Shown: one piece after another, positions 54,376 to 64,000 of the stretch
Numbering within the stretch: the stretch's first letter is position 1
Layout: each line of letters starts with the position of its first letter
Assembly (NCBI GenBank): GCA_038205015.1
Contig: JBBRCK010000005.1
Location: forward strand, 1,656-65,655
Source of the DNA: Candidatus Levyibacteriota bacterium
GTDB lineage: Bacteria; Patescibacteriota; Microgenomatia; Levybacterales; UBA12049
Direction: 5' to 3'
Length of the DNA: 64,000 nt
Program-made: the position numbers and the translations under genes
The notes under the pieces: model-generated
Databases searched by the model: none
Told to the model about the DNA's origin: nothing
The model's input: the letters and a program-made list of their open reading frames with translations, nothing else

Positions 54376-55320
54376 TTAAGCAGCCTGTTTTAATTGAACT
54401 GCGACCAAATTTCCTCCGGGATGAGCTCCTTCATGCTCACCTGAATATCTTCGGGAAAAAACTAATCTATTTGCCGCGTCCACATATGTGTCTCTTCTTA
54501 TTGCTTGAATATTTTCAGGCCTGATGCCTGCTTGAATTGCTTGCATCTCAAAAGCACTTAGAATATCAACATATCTTTTCTCGGTAGGGTCATCTGTTTG
54601 TTTTGAAGTTATAAAGGGACCCCAGTTTCTTTCGATAATTCCATTTGCTCTTTCTTTAATCTCATTTCCAACTTTCCATTCCTGAGAAATATAATAATTC
54701 TCTTGAGAAACTCCAGGAAAAACAGTAATTATGGCTTTTGACAAATCAACTCCCAATTCATCCTGTAAATACCATAATCCTTGTCTAGTCATTCCAGCGT
54801 TGGTTGCGTCTGCTCCGCTATGGTCTATTGCCACCAAAGGATTCCCAAATTTATCTTTACAATAAATAACTGCAACAGGACAATCCGCAGGTTTTATCAT
54901 TAAAGTAACTTGGGAATCTCTGGTATAAACCATATTGCCAACCACTTTTGTCTTATCTTTTAAAGTATCCAAATCAACTTCTTCAATCTGAGCATCTGTT
55001 CCTTCAAATTTTCCCAAAACCTGAATTATTGGACCAGTAAAACCTTGGGAATCTAAAAATTCTCTGGTATTTCTTTCTCCTGTTACTTCACTTTCTGTTG
55101 ATTTATCAAAAAAAACCGCGGACATATTAGGCGAATCTTTTCCATAAGAAAATCTAGCTAAAACAGGCTTCCCTTCCAAGCTTTCAAGTTTTGAAAAAAG
55201 TCCCACTCTGTTTTCAAACCCAGGAACATATTCAATTTCTGTCAGTTCCTCAACTCTAGTTAAACCTTCTGCCACTTCTGCTTCTCTTATTGCAAATTTT
55301 TGCTCTATCCGGTCTTCCAT
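54376..55320 (-). CDS. YfiH/PgeF (polyphenol oxidase/laccase-like) family protein, divergent
   Basis: ADCPVA..HSG and FSRR motifs. Confidence 0.7.
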   Translation of the reverse strand: MEDRIEQKFAIREAEVAEGLTRVEELTEIEYVPGFENRVGLFSKLESLEGKPVLARFSYGKDSPNMSAVFFDKSTESEVTGERNTREFLDSQGFTGPIIQVLGKFEGTDAQIEEVDLDTLKDKTKVVGNMVYTRDSQVTLMIKPADCPVAVIYCKDKFGNPLVAIDHSGADATNAGMTRQGLWYLQDELGVDLSKAIITVFPGVSQENYYISQEWKVGNEIKERANGIIERNWGPFITSKQTDDPTEKRYVDILSAFEMQAIQAGIRPENIQAIRRDTYVDAANRLVFSRRYSGEHEGAHPGGNLVAVQLKQAA

Positions 55321-55321
55321 A

Positions 55322-56389
55322 TTAACTTCCAATCTTGAATTCTACTACATCACCATCTTGCATTACATAATCTTTTCCTTCTAAAAGCGCTTTTCCGTGC
55401 TCGCGGCTTCTCTTCCAACCATTAAATTCTACAAAATCTTTAAAGTGAACGACTTCTGCTTTAATAAATTTTTTCATAAAATCTGTGTGAATTTCTCCGG
55501 CGGAAATTAAAGCAGTTGAACCTTTTTTAATAGTCCACGCCCTTATTTCTTTTTCTCCACAAGTTAAGTAAGAAATTAAATTTAGCATTTTATAACCTTC
55601 CTGTATTACTCTTTCTAGTCCCGAATGCTCAACTCCTAAGGTTTTAAGATAGTCTTTTTGTTCTTCTTCATTTAACTCCGCGAGTTCTGATTCTGTTTTT
55701 GCACAAACTGCAATAACGTCCGGTCCAAAATCTTTACTAAGATCTTCTTCGTCTACATTTGCGATGACAAACATCGGCTTATTGGTCAAGAGTTGAAGAC
55801 TGGTAGTGGCGATTCTTTCTTCTTCTGTTAATAAAACATCTTTTGCAAGACTTCCCTGATTTAGTGCAGGAATTAATTTTTGTACCGCGCTCCACCTATA
55901 CAAATCCTCTTTCGTGGGAGCTTTTTTAGGCTCTCTTTGATTTTGCAAAGTTTCCAAATCAGCCAAAATTAATTCTGCATTAACAACTTCGAAATCATCT
56001 TTCGCATTGCTTGATGAATCACTTCTTACAACGTTATCATCCTTAAAATGTCTTACCACTTGAGCAATTGCGTTAACCTCTCTGATGTGTGATAAGAATT
56101 TATTTCCCAAACCTTCTCCCTGACTTGCACCCTTAACAAGGCCTGCAATATCGACAAAAGAGACAGTTGCAGGAATAATTGGTGGCTCCTTCGGCATTTT
56201 ATGTTCTTCTTTAGTAATTTCTGCTAACTTTAAAAGTCTTTCATCAGGAACAGGAACAATCCCAATGTTTGGTTCTATGGTTGCAAAAGGATAATTTGCC
56301 ACAAAAGCAGTTTGTTTTTTTAACAAGGCGTTAAACAGTGTCGACTTCCCAACATTTGGTAATCCAACAATCCCAATCGAAAGATTCAT
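55322..56389 (-). CDS. ychF: Obg-like ATPase
   Basis: GLPNVGKST, NYPFATIEPN, DIAGLV, EGKDYVMQDGD. Confidence 0.97.
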   Translation of the reverse strand: MNLSIGIVGLPNVGKSTLFNALLKKQTAFVANYPFATIEPNIGIVPVPDERLLKLAEITKEEHKMPKEPPIIPATVSFVDIAGLVKGASQGEGLGNKFLSHIREVNAIAQVVRHFKDDNVVRSDSSSNAKDDFEVVNAELILADLETLQNQREPKKAPTKEDLYRWSAVQKLIPALNQGSLAKDVLLTEEERIATTSLQLLTNKPMFVIANVDEEDLSKDFGPDVIAVCAKTESELAELNEEEQKDYLKTLGVEHSGLERVIQEGYKMLNLISYLTCGEKEIRAWTIKKGSTALISAGEIHTDFMKKFIKAEVVHFKDFVEFNGWKRSREHGKALLEGKDYVMQDGDVVEFKIGS

Positions 56390-56499
56390 AAGAGAATTAT
56401 ATCAGAATCTTTTTTAACCTACTGTACTTTCGCTTTTTACAGGCGTCAAATAGTAATTAAAATTACATACTGCCTATAAAATTGATATATAATAAAATT

Positions 56500-56913
56500 A
56501 TGAAAAAGGTCAAAGGATTCTCTGAAGCAGAAAAAACGGCAATGAAAGACCGCGTAGAAGAACTGAAAAGAGACAAAAAAGATGGAGAAAAAGCAGTTCT
56601 TGAAAAAATTGAACAGATGCCTGAACCAGACCGCAGCTTAGCTAAAAAACTTCATGCTCTTATTAAAAAAACAGCGCCAACATTAACTTCCAGAACTTGG
56701 TATGGAATGCCAGCATATGCAAATAAAGAGGATAAGGTTATCTGCTTTTTCCAAAACGCCAGTAAGTTTAAAGTAAGATACGCAACTCTTGGCTTTTCCG
56801 ATGTGGCGAATCTTGATGAGGACGATATGTGGCCGACTTCCTTTGCTCTGAAAAAGCTAACTTCCACAGAAGAAGAAAAAATTACTGCGCTAATAAATAA
56901 AGCAATAAATTAA
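56500..56913 (+). CDS. DUF1801 (YdhG-like) protein
   Basis: [22 protein letters not shown]. Confidence 0.85.
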   Translation: MKKVKGFSEAEKTAMKDRVEELKRDKKDGEKAVLEKIEQMPEPDRSLAKKLHALIKKTAPTLTSRTWYGMPAYANKEDKVICFFQNASKFKVRYATLGFSDVANLDEDDMWPTSFALKKLTSTEEEKITALINKAIN

Positions 56914-56916
56914 AAA

Positions 56917-57615
56917 CTAGATATCCCCCTTAAGGTATTTTTGGCGTAATTCTTCCGGAAATTTTTCTATTGAATATCTAAGTGCAGTTCTACCCATTTT
57001 TTTATAATGTTTTTGTAAAAAATTCTTCTCCTGCCTTAAATCTCTTTTGCCAATTTCTCTTAACATCCAGCCGACTGCTTTTTGTATTAAATCTTCTTTG
57101 TCTTCAATTAACATTTCCGCAATTTTTAATGATGTTTCAAAATTTTTATCTCTTATGAATTCAAAAGTGGAAATTATTGATATTCTTTTTTCCCAAAGAT
57201 TACTACTCTTGGCCAATTTTAATAGAACATCTTTAGGTTTATCAATTAGATATCTACCAACGATTTCGTGCGAAGATAAATCAACTAAATCCCAATTATT
57301 TATATACTTGGTATTCTTTAAATAAAATTCATAAATTTTCTTTCTGTCTTGAAGATTTTTTTTGAAGTTATGAACCAGTATTAAAAGCGCGATTAATCTT
57401 TCTTCATGGATTTTAGACTTTAATAACTCCTGAATTTCTTTAAATTGAAGATTTTTATATTTTATTGCGATTTCTCGAGACTGAGGAACAGTTAATCCTG
57501 CAAATATATCCCCTTCTCCGTATTCTCCTTTTCTTGTTTTAAAAAACCCTTGCAAAAGTACGGCTTTCTTTTTATTCGATAATTTTTCAACTTCTTTTTT
57601 TAAATCTTTAAGCAT
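56917..57615 (-). CDS. DNA alkylation repair protein (AlkD family)
   Basis: GEYGEGD, NNWDLVD, KAVGWMLRE. Confidence 0.9.
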   Translation of the reverse strand: MLKDLKKEVEKLSNKKKAVLLQGFFKTRKGEYGEGDIFAGLTVPQSREIAIKYKNLQFKEIQELLKSKIHEERLIALLILVHNFKKNLQDRKKIYEFYLKNTKYINNWDLVDLSSHEIVGRYLIDKPKDVLLKLAKSSNLWEKRISIISTFEFIRDKNFETSLKIAEMLIEDKEDLIQKAVGWMLREIGKRDLRQEKNFLQKHYKKMGRTALRYSIEKFPEELRQKYLKGDI

Positions 57616-57748
57616 AAATGTGATTTAAATTTACTACCACATTTATTTCTTGTCAACTTATTTAAAATTTGGTTATATTTGTAATTCAAATCACATCCAT
57701 TAATTGTTAAAAATATTAAAGTTATTTTTAAGAAAGGAGGTAAATAAA

Positions 57749-57976
57749 ATGAAGACAATGACTTGTCGACAAATGGGTGGACCCTGCGATGCTTCAATTT
57801 CCGGTGAAAGTGCTGAAGAAATGATGACAAACGGAGCAGCTCATATTTCATCAATGGATGACGAAGGACACAAAAAGGCTGTAGAAATGATGGAAGAAAT
57901 GCAAAACAATCCAGATGCTGGAAAAGTATGGAATGAAGATTTTGCTAAAAAATTTGCAGAACTTCCGGAAGCCTAA
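57749..57976 (+). CDS. DUF1059-like small metal-binding protein
   Basis: AAGGAGGT SD; MTCRQMGGPCD...H...H. Confidence 0.75.
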   Translation: MKTMTCRQMGGPCDASISGESAEEMMTNGAAHISSMDDEGHKKAVEMMEEMQNNPDAGKVWNEDFAKKFAELPEA

Positions 57977-57977
57977 A

Positions 57978-58148
57978 TTATTTTTTTCGGGTTAACAAAA
58001 ATATATTCAACAGTAATACTGTCATTAAACCGATGTAAGAAAATATTTGAACATTTGTTCCTTTAAAATTCTCATCAATTCCGTTATATGTCAACCACAA
58101 GATAAAGACAACATTTCCTAGTATTGCAATTACTTTAAGATTCTTCAT
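57978..58148 (-). CDS. 56-aa two-TM protein (absent from the ORF track)
   Basis: MKNLKVIAILGNVVFILWLTYNGIDENFKGTNVQIFSYIGLMTVLLLNIFLLTRKK; fills the gap after the CDF gene. Confidence 0.7.
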   Translation of the reverse strand: MKNLKVIAILGNVVFILWLTYNGIDENFKGTNVQIFSYIGLMTVLLLNIFLLTRKK

Positions 58149-58158
58149 AAATTACAAA

Positions 58159-59097
58159 CTATCTTCTTGGTGTATCTAGCTCTACCTGAACGTATTTTGC
58201 CGATGGAACTTCCAATTGAATCCTGTCTTTAATTTCATCTGTTAGTTTTTCTAATTCTCTTGTTCCAAGTCTTGATTTCATGTGCACAAACATATTTACT
58301 AAAAGTTTTTCAGATCCCAAGTGCAATGTTTTTATTTCCAAAACTTCGTCTACCTCCTCTATCTCCAAAGCGGCATTCTTTATTCTTTGCTCAGTTTCCA
58401 CCGAAGCGCTTTTACCAATTAAAAGTTCTCTTATTCCAAGTACTAAAAAAATTGCAAATATTGCCAACACAATTCCAATAACCATTGCTCCTAAACCGTC
58501 AAATCGTTGGTCTCCAGTAAAAGCATAAATTCCAAGAGCAATAGCCCCCAAAAGCGATGCGCAAGTTCCCATTAAATCTAAAATAAAAGTAGTTTTAGTT
58601 TCGACTAAAGAAGATCGGAAAAAAATTTTAAATATTAGTTTTGCCGGTCTTCTTCTTAAAAGACGCATAAAACTTAATGTAAAACCATATCCGTTAGTAA
58701 AAAAAGTCAAAATTAAAATAAATATAGCCAAATTAATATCTCTTATCGGCTCAGGGTGAAAAAACCTTTGCCAACCAAAATAAAATGATAAAGTAGATGT
58801 TAATCCAAACATTACTAACGCCGATAAAAGACTCCAAAAATAAATTTCGGTTCCGTAACCGAATGGATGAATTTTATCTTCTTTTTGATTTGAACGGAAA
58901 AATCCTATTAACAAAAATCCCGAGGATGCTAAATCGGATATCCCTTCTAAAAATTGGGTAAACATTATTATGCTCCCGGAAAGAATTGCAACTGAAAAAT
59001 TTAATACTACATCCAGAACATCTACTAAAAATGACGTAATAATTACTCTTTTTGAAGATATTCTTTGCTCTTTTAAAACTTCTGAAGATTTATCCAT
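58159..59097 (-). CDS. Cation diffusion facilitator family transporter
   Basis: HPFGYG, six TM helices, C-terminal dimerization domain. Confidence 0.9.
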   Translation of the reverse strand: MDKSSEVLKEQRISSKRVIITSFLVDVLDVVLNFSVAILSGSIIMFTQFLEGISDLASSGFLLIGFFRSNQKEDKIHPFGYGTEIYFWSLLSALVMFGLTSTLSFYFGWQRFFHPEPIRDINLAIFILILTFFTNGYGFTLSFMRLLRRRPAKLIFKIFFRSSLVETKTTFILDLMGTCASLLGAIALGIYAFTGDQRFDGLGAMVIGIVLAIFAIFLVLGIRELLIGKSASVETEQRIKNAALEIEEVDEVLEIKTLHLGSEKLLVNMFVHMKSRLGTRELEKLTDEIKDRIQLEVPSAKYVQVELDTPRR

Positions 59098-59123
59098 TAA
59101 TTTATTATAGCAATAATTTGTTA

Positions 59124-59660
59124 TTAATTTTTAGCTTGCACTAGCGCATCTGTTAAAGATGCAATAAATGCCGGAGACGTAGCTGAAGCGCCCGAAACTC
59201 CACTTACGTTTGCACTCTGTGCTTGTATTGCTTCCTGTTTTAATAAAGGTATTGCCTGAGAATTTATACTACGTGAAGTTCCATTATCATTTGGATATTG
59301 CAGAAAAATCACATCTGTAATTTTTCCACCGTTTATAATTGCTTGCACCTGAATATTTCCATAATATGCATCTTGAACACTTCCCGTAAAGCTTCCATTT
59401 TTATACATTCCCGCGGACACTGGCGTGGTTGTTGGAAGTAGTGGTGGATTTGTTAAAGCAATTGTTGGAAGGGGTTTATTTATATTTTGAACGGGCTTTG
59501 TGGCTTCCGACGGTGTTGGCGTTTCGGTTAAAAAGGGAGTTGGACTTAATTGATTCGGCTTAATACTTACAACAATATCATCACCTAATTTTGCGTTCCT
59601 AAGCCAAACTAAAAAAAATAAAACAGACAAAACCGTGGTAATTTGAAAATATTTTCTCAT
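59124..59660 (-). CDS. Membrane-anchored FMN-binding domain protein
   Basis: YKNGSFTGS, YGNIQV, VSGASATS flavinylation motif. Confidence 0.9.
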   Translation of the reverse strand: MRKYFQITTVLSVLFFLVWLRNAKLGDDIVVSIKPNQLSPTPFLTETPTPSEATKPVQNINKPLPTIALTNPPLLPTTTPVSAGMYKNGSFTGSVQDAYYGNIQVQAIINGGKITDVIFLQYPNDNGTSRSINSQAIPLLKQEAIQAQSANVSGVSGASATSPAFIASLTDALVQAKN

Positions 59661-59716
59661 TATAATACTTAATTATTGTACATAATTTTCTTGAAATTTT
59701 CCTGAAATGATTATAA

Positions 59717-60364
59717 TTACTCTCGGGGACTTTCTTCCGTATGATTCTGATTAAAATTTGAGCTATCTTCTTTTTCCACTTCTTTTCGTCTGTCCTCTGT
59801 TTGTCTTAAAATATGCTCTATTTCTAATTTACTACCATCAGACGCTACTCTACTTGCATCCCGAAGATTATCTCCACTCTCTTTAATTATTTTATTGTTA
59901 ACAACTTTATTGTCACTTAATTCATTCTCATAATCTTTTATAGCATTTATTAAATTAGTTGAATTTTTCTTATTCCTTGGATCTGACAGTAATTTTACCT
60001 CCTGACTTCTCCTTTTTAATATTTCTCCCTTAAATGACGGGCTTACTTTCCTAGCAATATCTTCTGATATTCTTTTTACAGGATATAACGGTTGTCCGGG
60101 AAGACTATCCTGTGCACTAACAAGTGTTGAAAAACTTATAAAAAATAATATTACCAAGACGTAGGCAAAAAGTTGTCTATGAAGAGAAAAAAAGTTTTTT
60201 GAAGTATTTTTTTGTCTTAAAAATTTAGTCTTTATTTCAAAGGACCTTTCTATTTTTATTGAGTTTGAAAAATTCTTTGATAAAAGTGCCAGCTCTTCCG
60301 CTTCTTTATCTGTTGCACCCTCTTGTTTTAATTCTAGAATTAATTTATCTAAATCGTTACTCAT
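59717..60364 (-). CDS. Probable anti-sigma factor (DUF5667-like)
   Basis: Single TM followed by SLPGQPLYPVKR; ATGA-coupled to the ECF sigma gene. Confidence 0.7.
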   Translation of the reverse strand: MSNDLDKLILELKQEGATDKEAEELALLSKNFSNSIKIERSFEIKTKFLRQKNTSKNFFSLHRQLFAYVLVILFFISFSTLVSAQDSLPGQPLYPVKRISEDIARKVSPSFKGEILKRRSQEVKLLSDPRNKKNSTNLINAIKDYENELSDNKVVNNKIIKESGDNLRDASRVASDGSKLEIEHILRQTEDRRKEVEKEDSSNFNQNHTEESPRE

Positions 60365-60864
60365 TTTATTAATATTTCTTTTAATTTCTTAAGTCCTCTA
60401 AATTGTAATACTCTTATATTTACTTCTGTTGTGTCTAAAATTTCGGCAGCCTCTTTTGCAGATAAATCATCTACGAATCTTAATAACACAACCTCTTTTA
60501 GATTCTCTGGTAAAAATTTAAGGGCATTGTTAATTTTTCTTAAATTTTCATCTTTATGAATTCTCTCTATTAAATCTTCATCATAAGATGGCTCAAGGCC
60601 CATTTCTACTGTTTCTTCCAAAGAAACTTTTTTACCGTTTTTATGTTTTCTATAATGGTCTATTAAAATATTTTTGGCTGTTTTATACAATAATGCTTGT
60701 ATAAAATCATGCTTTAGCTTTTTCCAATTTTTCCAAATTCTTAAAAAGGCTTCGCTCGTAATATCCTCTGAAAGATAAGGATCTGAGGTACTTAAGTATA
60801 TGTACCTGTAAATTTTGTCCGAATATTTTATGTAAATAGTTTCGAATTCTTTTGAAAATTGCAT
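60361..60864 (-). CDS. ECF RNA polymerase sigma factor
   Basis: EDITSEAF, LYKTAKN..IDHYR, region 4 HTH. Confidence 0.92.
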   Translation of the reverse strand: MQFSKEFETIYIKYSDKIYRYIYLSTSDPYLSEDITSEAFLRIWKNWKKLKHDFIQALLYKTAKNILIDHYRKHKNGKKVSLEETVEMGLEPSYDEDLIERIHKDENLRKINNALKFLPENLKEVVLLRFVDDLSAKEAAEILDTTEVNIRVLQFRGLKKLKEILIK

Positions 60865-60890
60865 CAAACATATTTTATCACACCAATATA

Positions 60891-60919
60891 TGTAACGAAT
60901 ATTTTTGTGTTTCGTTATA
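60891..60919. promoter_or_regulatory. Symmetric ECF-type promoter
   Basis: Plus strand TGTAAC-N16-CGTTA; minus strand TATAAC-N16-CGTTA. Confidence 0.55.
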
Positions 60920-60928
60920 AATTTTGTT

Positions 60929-61432
60929 ATGAACAAAACAATCACCATATTATTCTTAGCATTACTACTTATACTTACGCAAAATAAGACTCTTTCACTT
61001 GCCCAAACTAAATCTACAAATATTAATAATCAAATTGCAATCAGTGATGATTCAGATAAAGTTGAGATTTCAGATGATAATCACGGCAATTTAAACAGTG
61101 CGTCAAACACTAATAAAAATGACTATGAGAATGAATCTGAGGATGATAGTATTAACGGAAGAAAAATTGTTGCCAAACCTGCTTTATCGCTACCTCTACT
61201 AAAAGTGACTCCAACTGTTACTATTACTCCAACAACTACTCCTACTACGCCAGCTCTTGGAGTTTCTGGTAACTCATCTGATAACATAGTCGTAACCCCT
61301 ACACCTACTACCCAACAGTTAAGCCTACAGGATTCTAAAACAGAAAGTCCAAGCGCAGGTTTTGATTTTATGAAAGAAATAGAAAAACTTTTAATTTCTT
61401 TAAAAAAGATCATCTTTAATACTCTAGGTTAA
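60929..61432 (+). CDS. Secreted Asp/Asn- and Thr/Pro-rich protein
   Basis: Signal peptide, low-complexity linker, amphipathic C-terminal helix. Confidence 0.7.
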   Translation: MNKTITILFLALLLILTQNKTLSLAQTKSTNINNQIAISDDSDKVEISDDNHGNLNSASNTNKNDYENESEDDSINGRKIVAKPALSLPLLKVTPTVTITPTTTPTTPALGVSGNSSDNIVVTPTPTTQQLSLQDSKTESPSAGFDFMKEIEKLLISLKKIIFNTLG

Positions 61433-61528
61433 ATTAATAACTTGCTGTTAATATGAATACTGTCCTTGGGGCCTTAAAAGATATAATTAGTTTTATAAAA
61501 TATTTCTACTTCGGAGAGATAATTTGAC

Positions 61529-63061
61529 TCAAACTTTCTCTACATAACCAGGGAAAAAGTCTGTAATAATTTGCCTTCTTGATATATGTAAGCTTTTTAA
61601 AGTCTTCTCAAAATTCTGAACCATTAATTGCGGTCCGGAAATATAATATGTACGGTTTTTATAATCCGGCATTTCTTCGGCAATCATTTCTTGAGTAATA
61701 TATCCAACTTTCCCTGACCAACTTTGGGGAATATTGTCTTTATCTGTTAATGTAAAAATTGTTTTTACCCCATTTGCAACTGCAGTATTCAGAGTATCTA
61801 TAAAAAGAATCTCATTTGCTGTTCTGTTTGAGTAAAACAAAACAATATTTACTGAGAGATTTTTATCGGTAATGTACTTAATCATACTTCTAAATGGCGC
61901 TATTCCAACTCCCCCTGCAACAAATACCAGAGGCTTTTTTAAATCTTTTGGCAAGGTAAAATCTCCTGCCAATTGAGATGCAATAATTTTGTTTCCCTGC
62001 ATTATACCCAACAGTTCTTTTTTATATGTACTTGATGGATCATAAAACTTAACTGTCATAAATATATCGCTCTCCGTTGGAGATGAGGCAATACTAAAAT
62101 ACCTTCTATTTCCTCTCGAATCAGTGTTTTTATGAGGAAGAGTCCATTCCATGTACTGCCCTGGGATAAACTTAAAATCAGGCGTTCTATCGAATGCAAA
62201 AGCATAAGTGTCAGGTGATAATTGTTTTTTCCATTTTAAAGATAAATCTAATCTATAATTCGAACTTATAAAATACGAAAACACATTACCTATAATTAAG
62301 GCCATTTCGGGCGTAAAACCAAAGCTAATTAACCTAAGTTGCGGCGTTGCGTATAAAATAGCAACTAAATATCCATAATATCCCTGAAGCTTATTTGTTG
62401 TGGGAGAAGTCATGGGCTCTGTTAACATTACAAAAGTAAAGAAAAATAAAGCAGAATCTAATACACTTAACTTCCAGGTCGTTAATACGGATATTAAAGA
62501 TGCAGAATGTAACAATGATCCGATTGTAAGTACTAAAAGATAAACTATTAAAAAACTAAAGACTAATTTTTCTCTTCTAATTTTTCTTACCAGCAAAAGT
62601 CCACCAATAAAAACAAATGGCAACATTATTGGCGTACCTACCCACCAGGTTGCGCTGTTATTAGTTAAAAGCGCAATAATAACAACTGCCGCGGCAGCAG
62701 GATTGAATAAATGTCTTTTCTCCACGGTTAAAAGATATTTAACACCCATCGCAAAGACAGACGCTTCAATTAAAAATTTAAGATTAGTAGGAAATGAAAG
62801 TGGAATTATTAAAGCTAAAATAAGTGCCGTAATAAAAACAGACTCTACATTAGTAATTGCATTAAATAGTTTCGCTAGTAAAAAATTTGAAGCAAAACAA
62901 ACAACTACCAAAATTAGTGAACTGATAATTATATCTAGTGGACTAAAGGGTAAAAAATGAAAAAAGCCAAAAAGAATCGATATTAAAATTAATACGATTA
63001 AATAATACAGAGTTAATCTGTACATTGTTACCTTATTTAAAAGCGAGTCGATTAATTCCAT
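61529..63061 (-). CDS. RnfD/NqrB-like membrane domain fused to an FNR-type NAD(P)H oxidoreductase
   Basis: HLFNPAA, MLTEPMTSP; RYFSIASS, VAGGVGIAPF, YISGP. Confidence 0.88.
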   Translation of the reverse strand: MELIDSLLNKVTMYRLTLYYLIVLILISILFGFFHFLPFSPLDIIISSLILVVVCFASNFLLAKLFNAITNVESVFITALILALIIPLSFPTNLKFLIEASVFAMGVKYLLTVEKRHLFNPAAAAVVIIALLTNNSATWWVGTPIMLPFVFIGGLLLVRKIRREKLVFSFLIVYLLVLTIGSLLHSASLISVLTTWKLSVLDSALFFFTFVMLTEPMTSPTTNKLQGYYGYLVAILYATPQLRLISFGFTPEMALIIGNVFSYFISSNYRLDLSLKWKKQLSPDTYAFAFDRTPDFKFIPGQYMEWTLPHKNTDSRGNRRYFSIASSPTESDIFMTVKFYDPSSTYKKELLGIMQGNKIIASQLAGDFTLPKDLKKPLVFVAGGVGIAPFRSMIKYITDKNLSVNIVLFYSNRTANEILFIDTLNTAVANGVKTIFTLTDKDNIPQSWSGKVGYITQEMIAEEMPDYKNRTYYISGPQLMVQNFEKTLKSLHISRRQIITDFFPGYVEKV

Positions 63062-63063
63062 AT

Positions 63064-63801
63064 TTAATTAGTGTACCTACTAAAACCTTCGGTATAAACT
63101 GCCTGCTTATCCCTCCTTATAATATAACTCTCAAATCCCTTTAACGTTACTATAAAGTCTAAACCTTTTTCTCCCATCGCAAATATTGCCGTTGCGAATC
63201 TGTCTGCTTCGTAAACATTTGGACCGATTACCGTAACGCTAACAATTTCACCAACATTATCTTTATTCTTTGGATTATAAATATGCCCCCCTCTTATATA
63301 GTTTCCCGAAGTTGCAATTCCTTTATCGCTTAATTTTACAATCTTTATTATTTCTTTTATGTTAAACGGATTTTGAATCCCAATTTTCCATTCTTTTCCC
63401 TTTTCATCTTTCCCATAAACCTGTATGTCTCCGGCAATTTCAACATAGATATTTTTATATCCCTTTTTAAGTAATTTTTTCGCTCCCTCATTAATTGCGT
63501 ATCCTTTGACAACTCCCGAAGGATCTAAAATTCCTTTATTATTAATATCAAAAAATCCATTTGTTTCCTGTTTTGTTTTTTCACACAAAAAAAGAATATT
63601 CTTCATTTCCTTACTATAATCTGATTCTTTTAGCTCTCCTCTGTTAATCTGAGAAATTTCACTGTCTTTTTTGTAAGTACTAAATTTTTTGTCAATATAG
63701 TGAAAATACGAAAAAACTTCATTAATATCTTCTTCTTTTATATCTCTATCAGCAACCTGTATCGTAACAGGCATACTCATAATGATTGCGGTTTTTTTCA
63801 T
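63064..63801 (-). CDS. apbE: FAD:protein FMN transferase
   Basis: SEISQIN, DPSGVVKGYA, IATSGNY, HIYNP, ADRFATA. Confidence 0.93.
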   Translation of the reverse strand: MKKTAIIMSMPVTIQVADRDIKEEDINEVFSYFHYIDKKFSTYKKDSEISQINRGELKESDYSKEMKNILFLCEKTKQETNGFFDINNKGILDPSGVVKGYAINEGAKKLLKKGYKNIYVEIAGDIQVYGKDEKGKEWKIGIQNPFNIKEIIKIVKLSDKGIATSGNYIRGGHIYNPKNKDNVGEIVSVTVIGPNVYEADRFATAIFAMGEKGLDFIVTLKGFESYIIRRDKQAVYTEGFSRYTN

Positions 63802-63824
63802 TCGTTCTTTAAGATAAAAAAATT

Positions 63825-64000
63825 CTATTCTTCCAATTCTTTGGCGGCGTTTCGATAAGCACAATAATCACAAGCTGATAAAGAATTTGGAATTGTGCTT
63901 AAATTTAGACATTTATAAGCATCTTCAACCGTTTTGCCAACCCAAGAATCATCTCCAATATATGGAATAATTTTTATATCAAACTCAAGTTTTGCATCAA
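63825..64000 (-). CDS. C-terminus of a probable PD-(D/E)XK nuclease-family protein (partial)
   Basis: ...IPYIGDDSWV...CDYCAYR with terminal CxxC. Confidence 0.5.
   Translation of the reverse strand, partial: DAKLEFDIKIIPYIGDDSWVGKTVEDAYKCLNLSTIPNSLSACDYCAYRNAAKELEE

Overview
AT-rich, very compact bacterial chromosomal segment using standard genetic code 11 (TGA is a stop). Gene content and style suggest Patescibacteria/CPR, probably Microgenomates; this is inference. From left to right: a type IV pilus locus (four pilins, pilD, pilC, pilT, pilB), holB-like gene and glycosyltransferases, a run of orphan genes, gyrB, a CsoR-CopA-CopZ copper operon, alkA, H+-pyrophosphatase, gyrA, folD, secreted Cys-rich and lysozyme-like proteins, a Xer recombinase, murI, then mostly minus-strand housekeeping genes (yebC, rluD, efp, dnaB, murB, rpsF-ssb-rpsR, ychF) with plus-strand tRNA-Leu, hisS and rpmE-prfA. 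The window ends in an ApbE/RnfD-like/FMN-binding flavinylation module interleaved with an ECF sigma/anti-sigma pair. The most notable feature is the only long ORF-free gap (about 30.4-31.3 kb). It holds an 11-6-11 palindromic dif-like site whose arm sequence recurs twice just upstream of the nearby xer start codon. Directly after that site lies a roughly 500-650 nt stretch with many interleaved long-range complementarities and a perfect 16-nt inverted repeat, a candidate large structured non-coding RNA. All product calls come from motif recognition by eye, not database searches.
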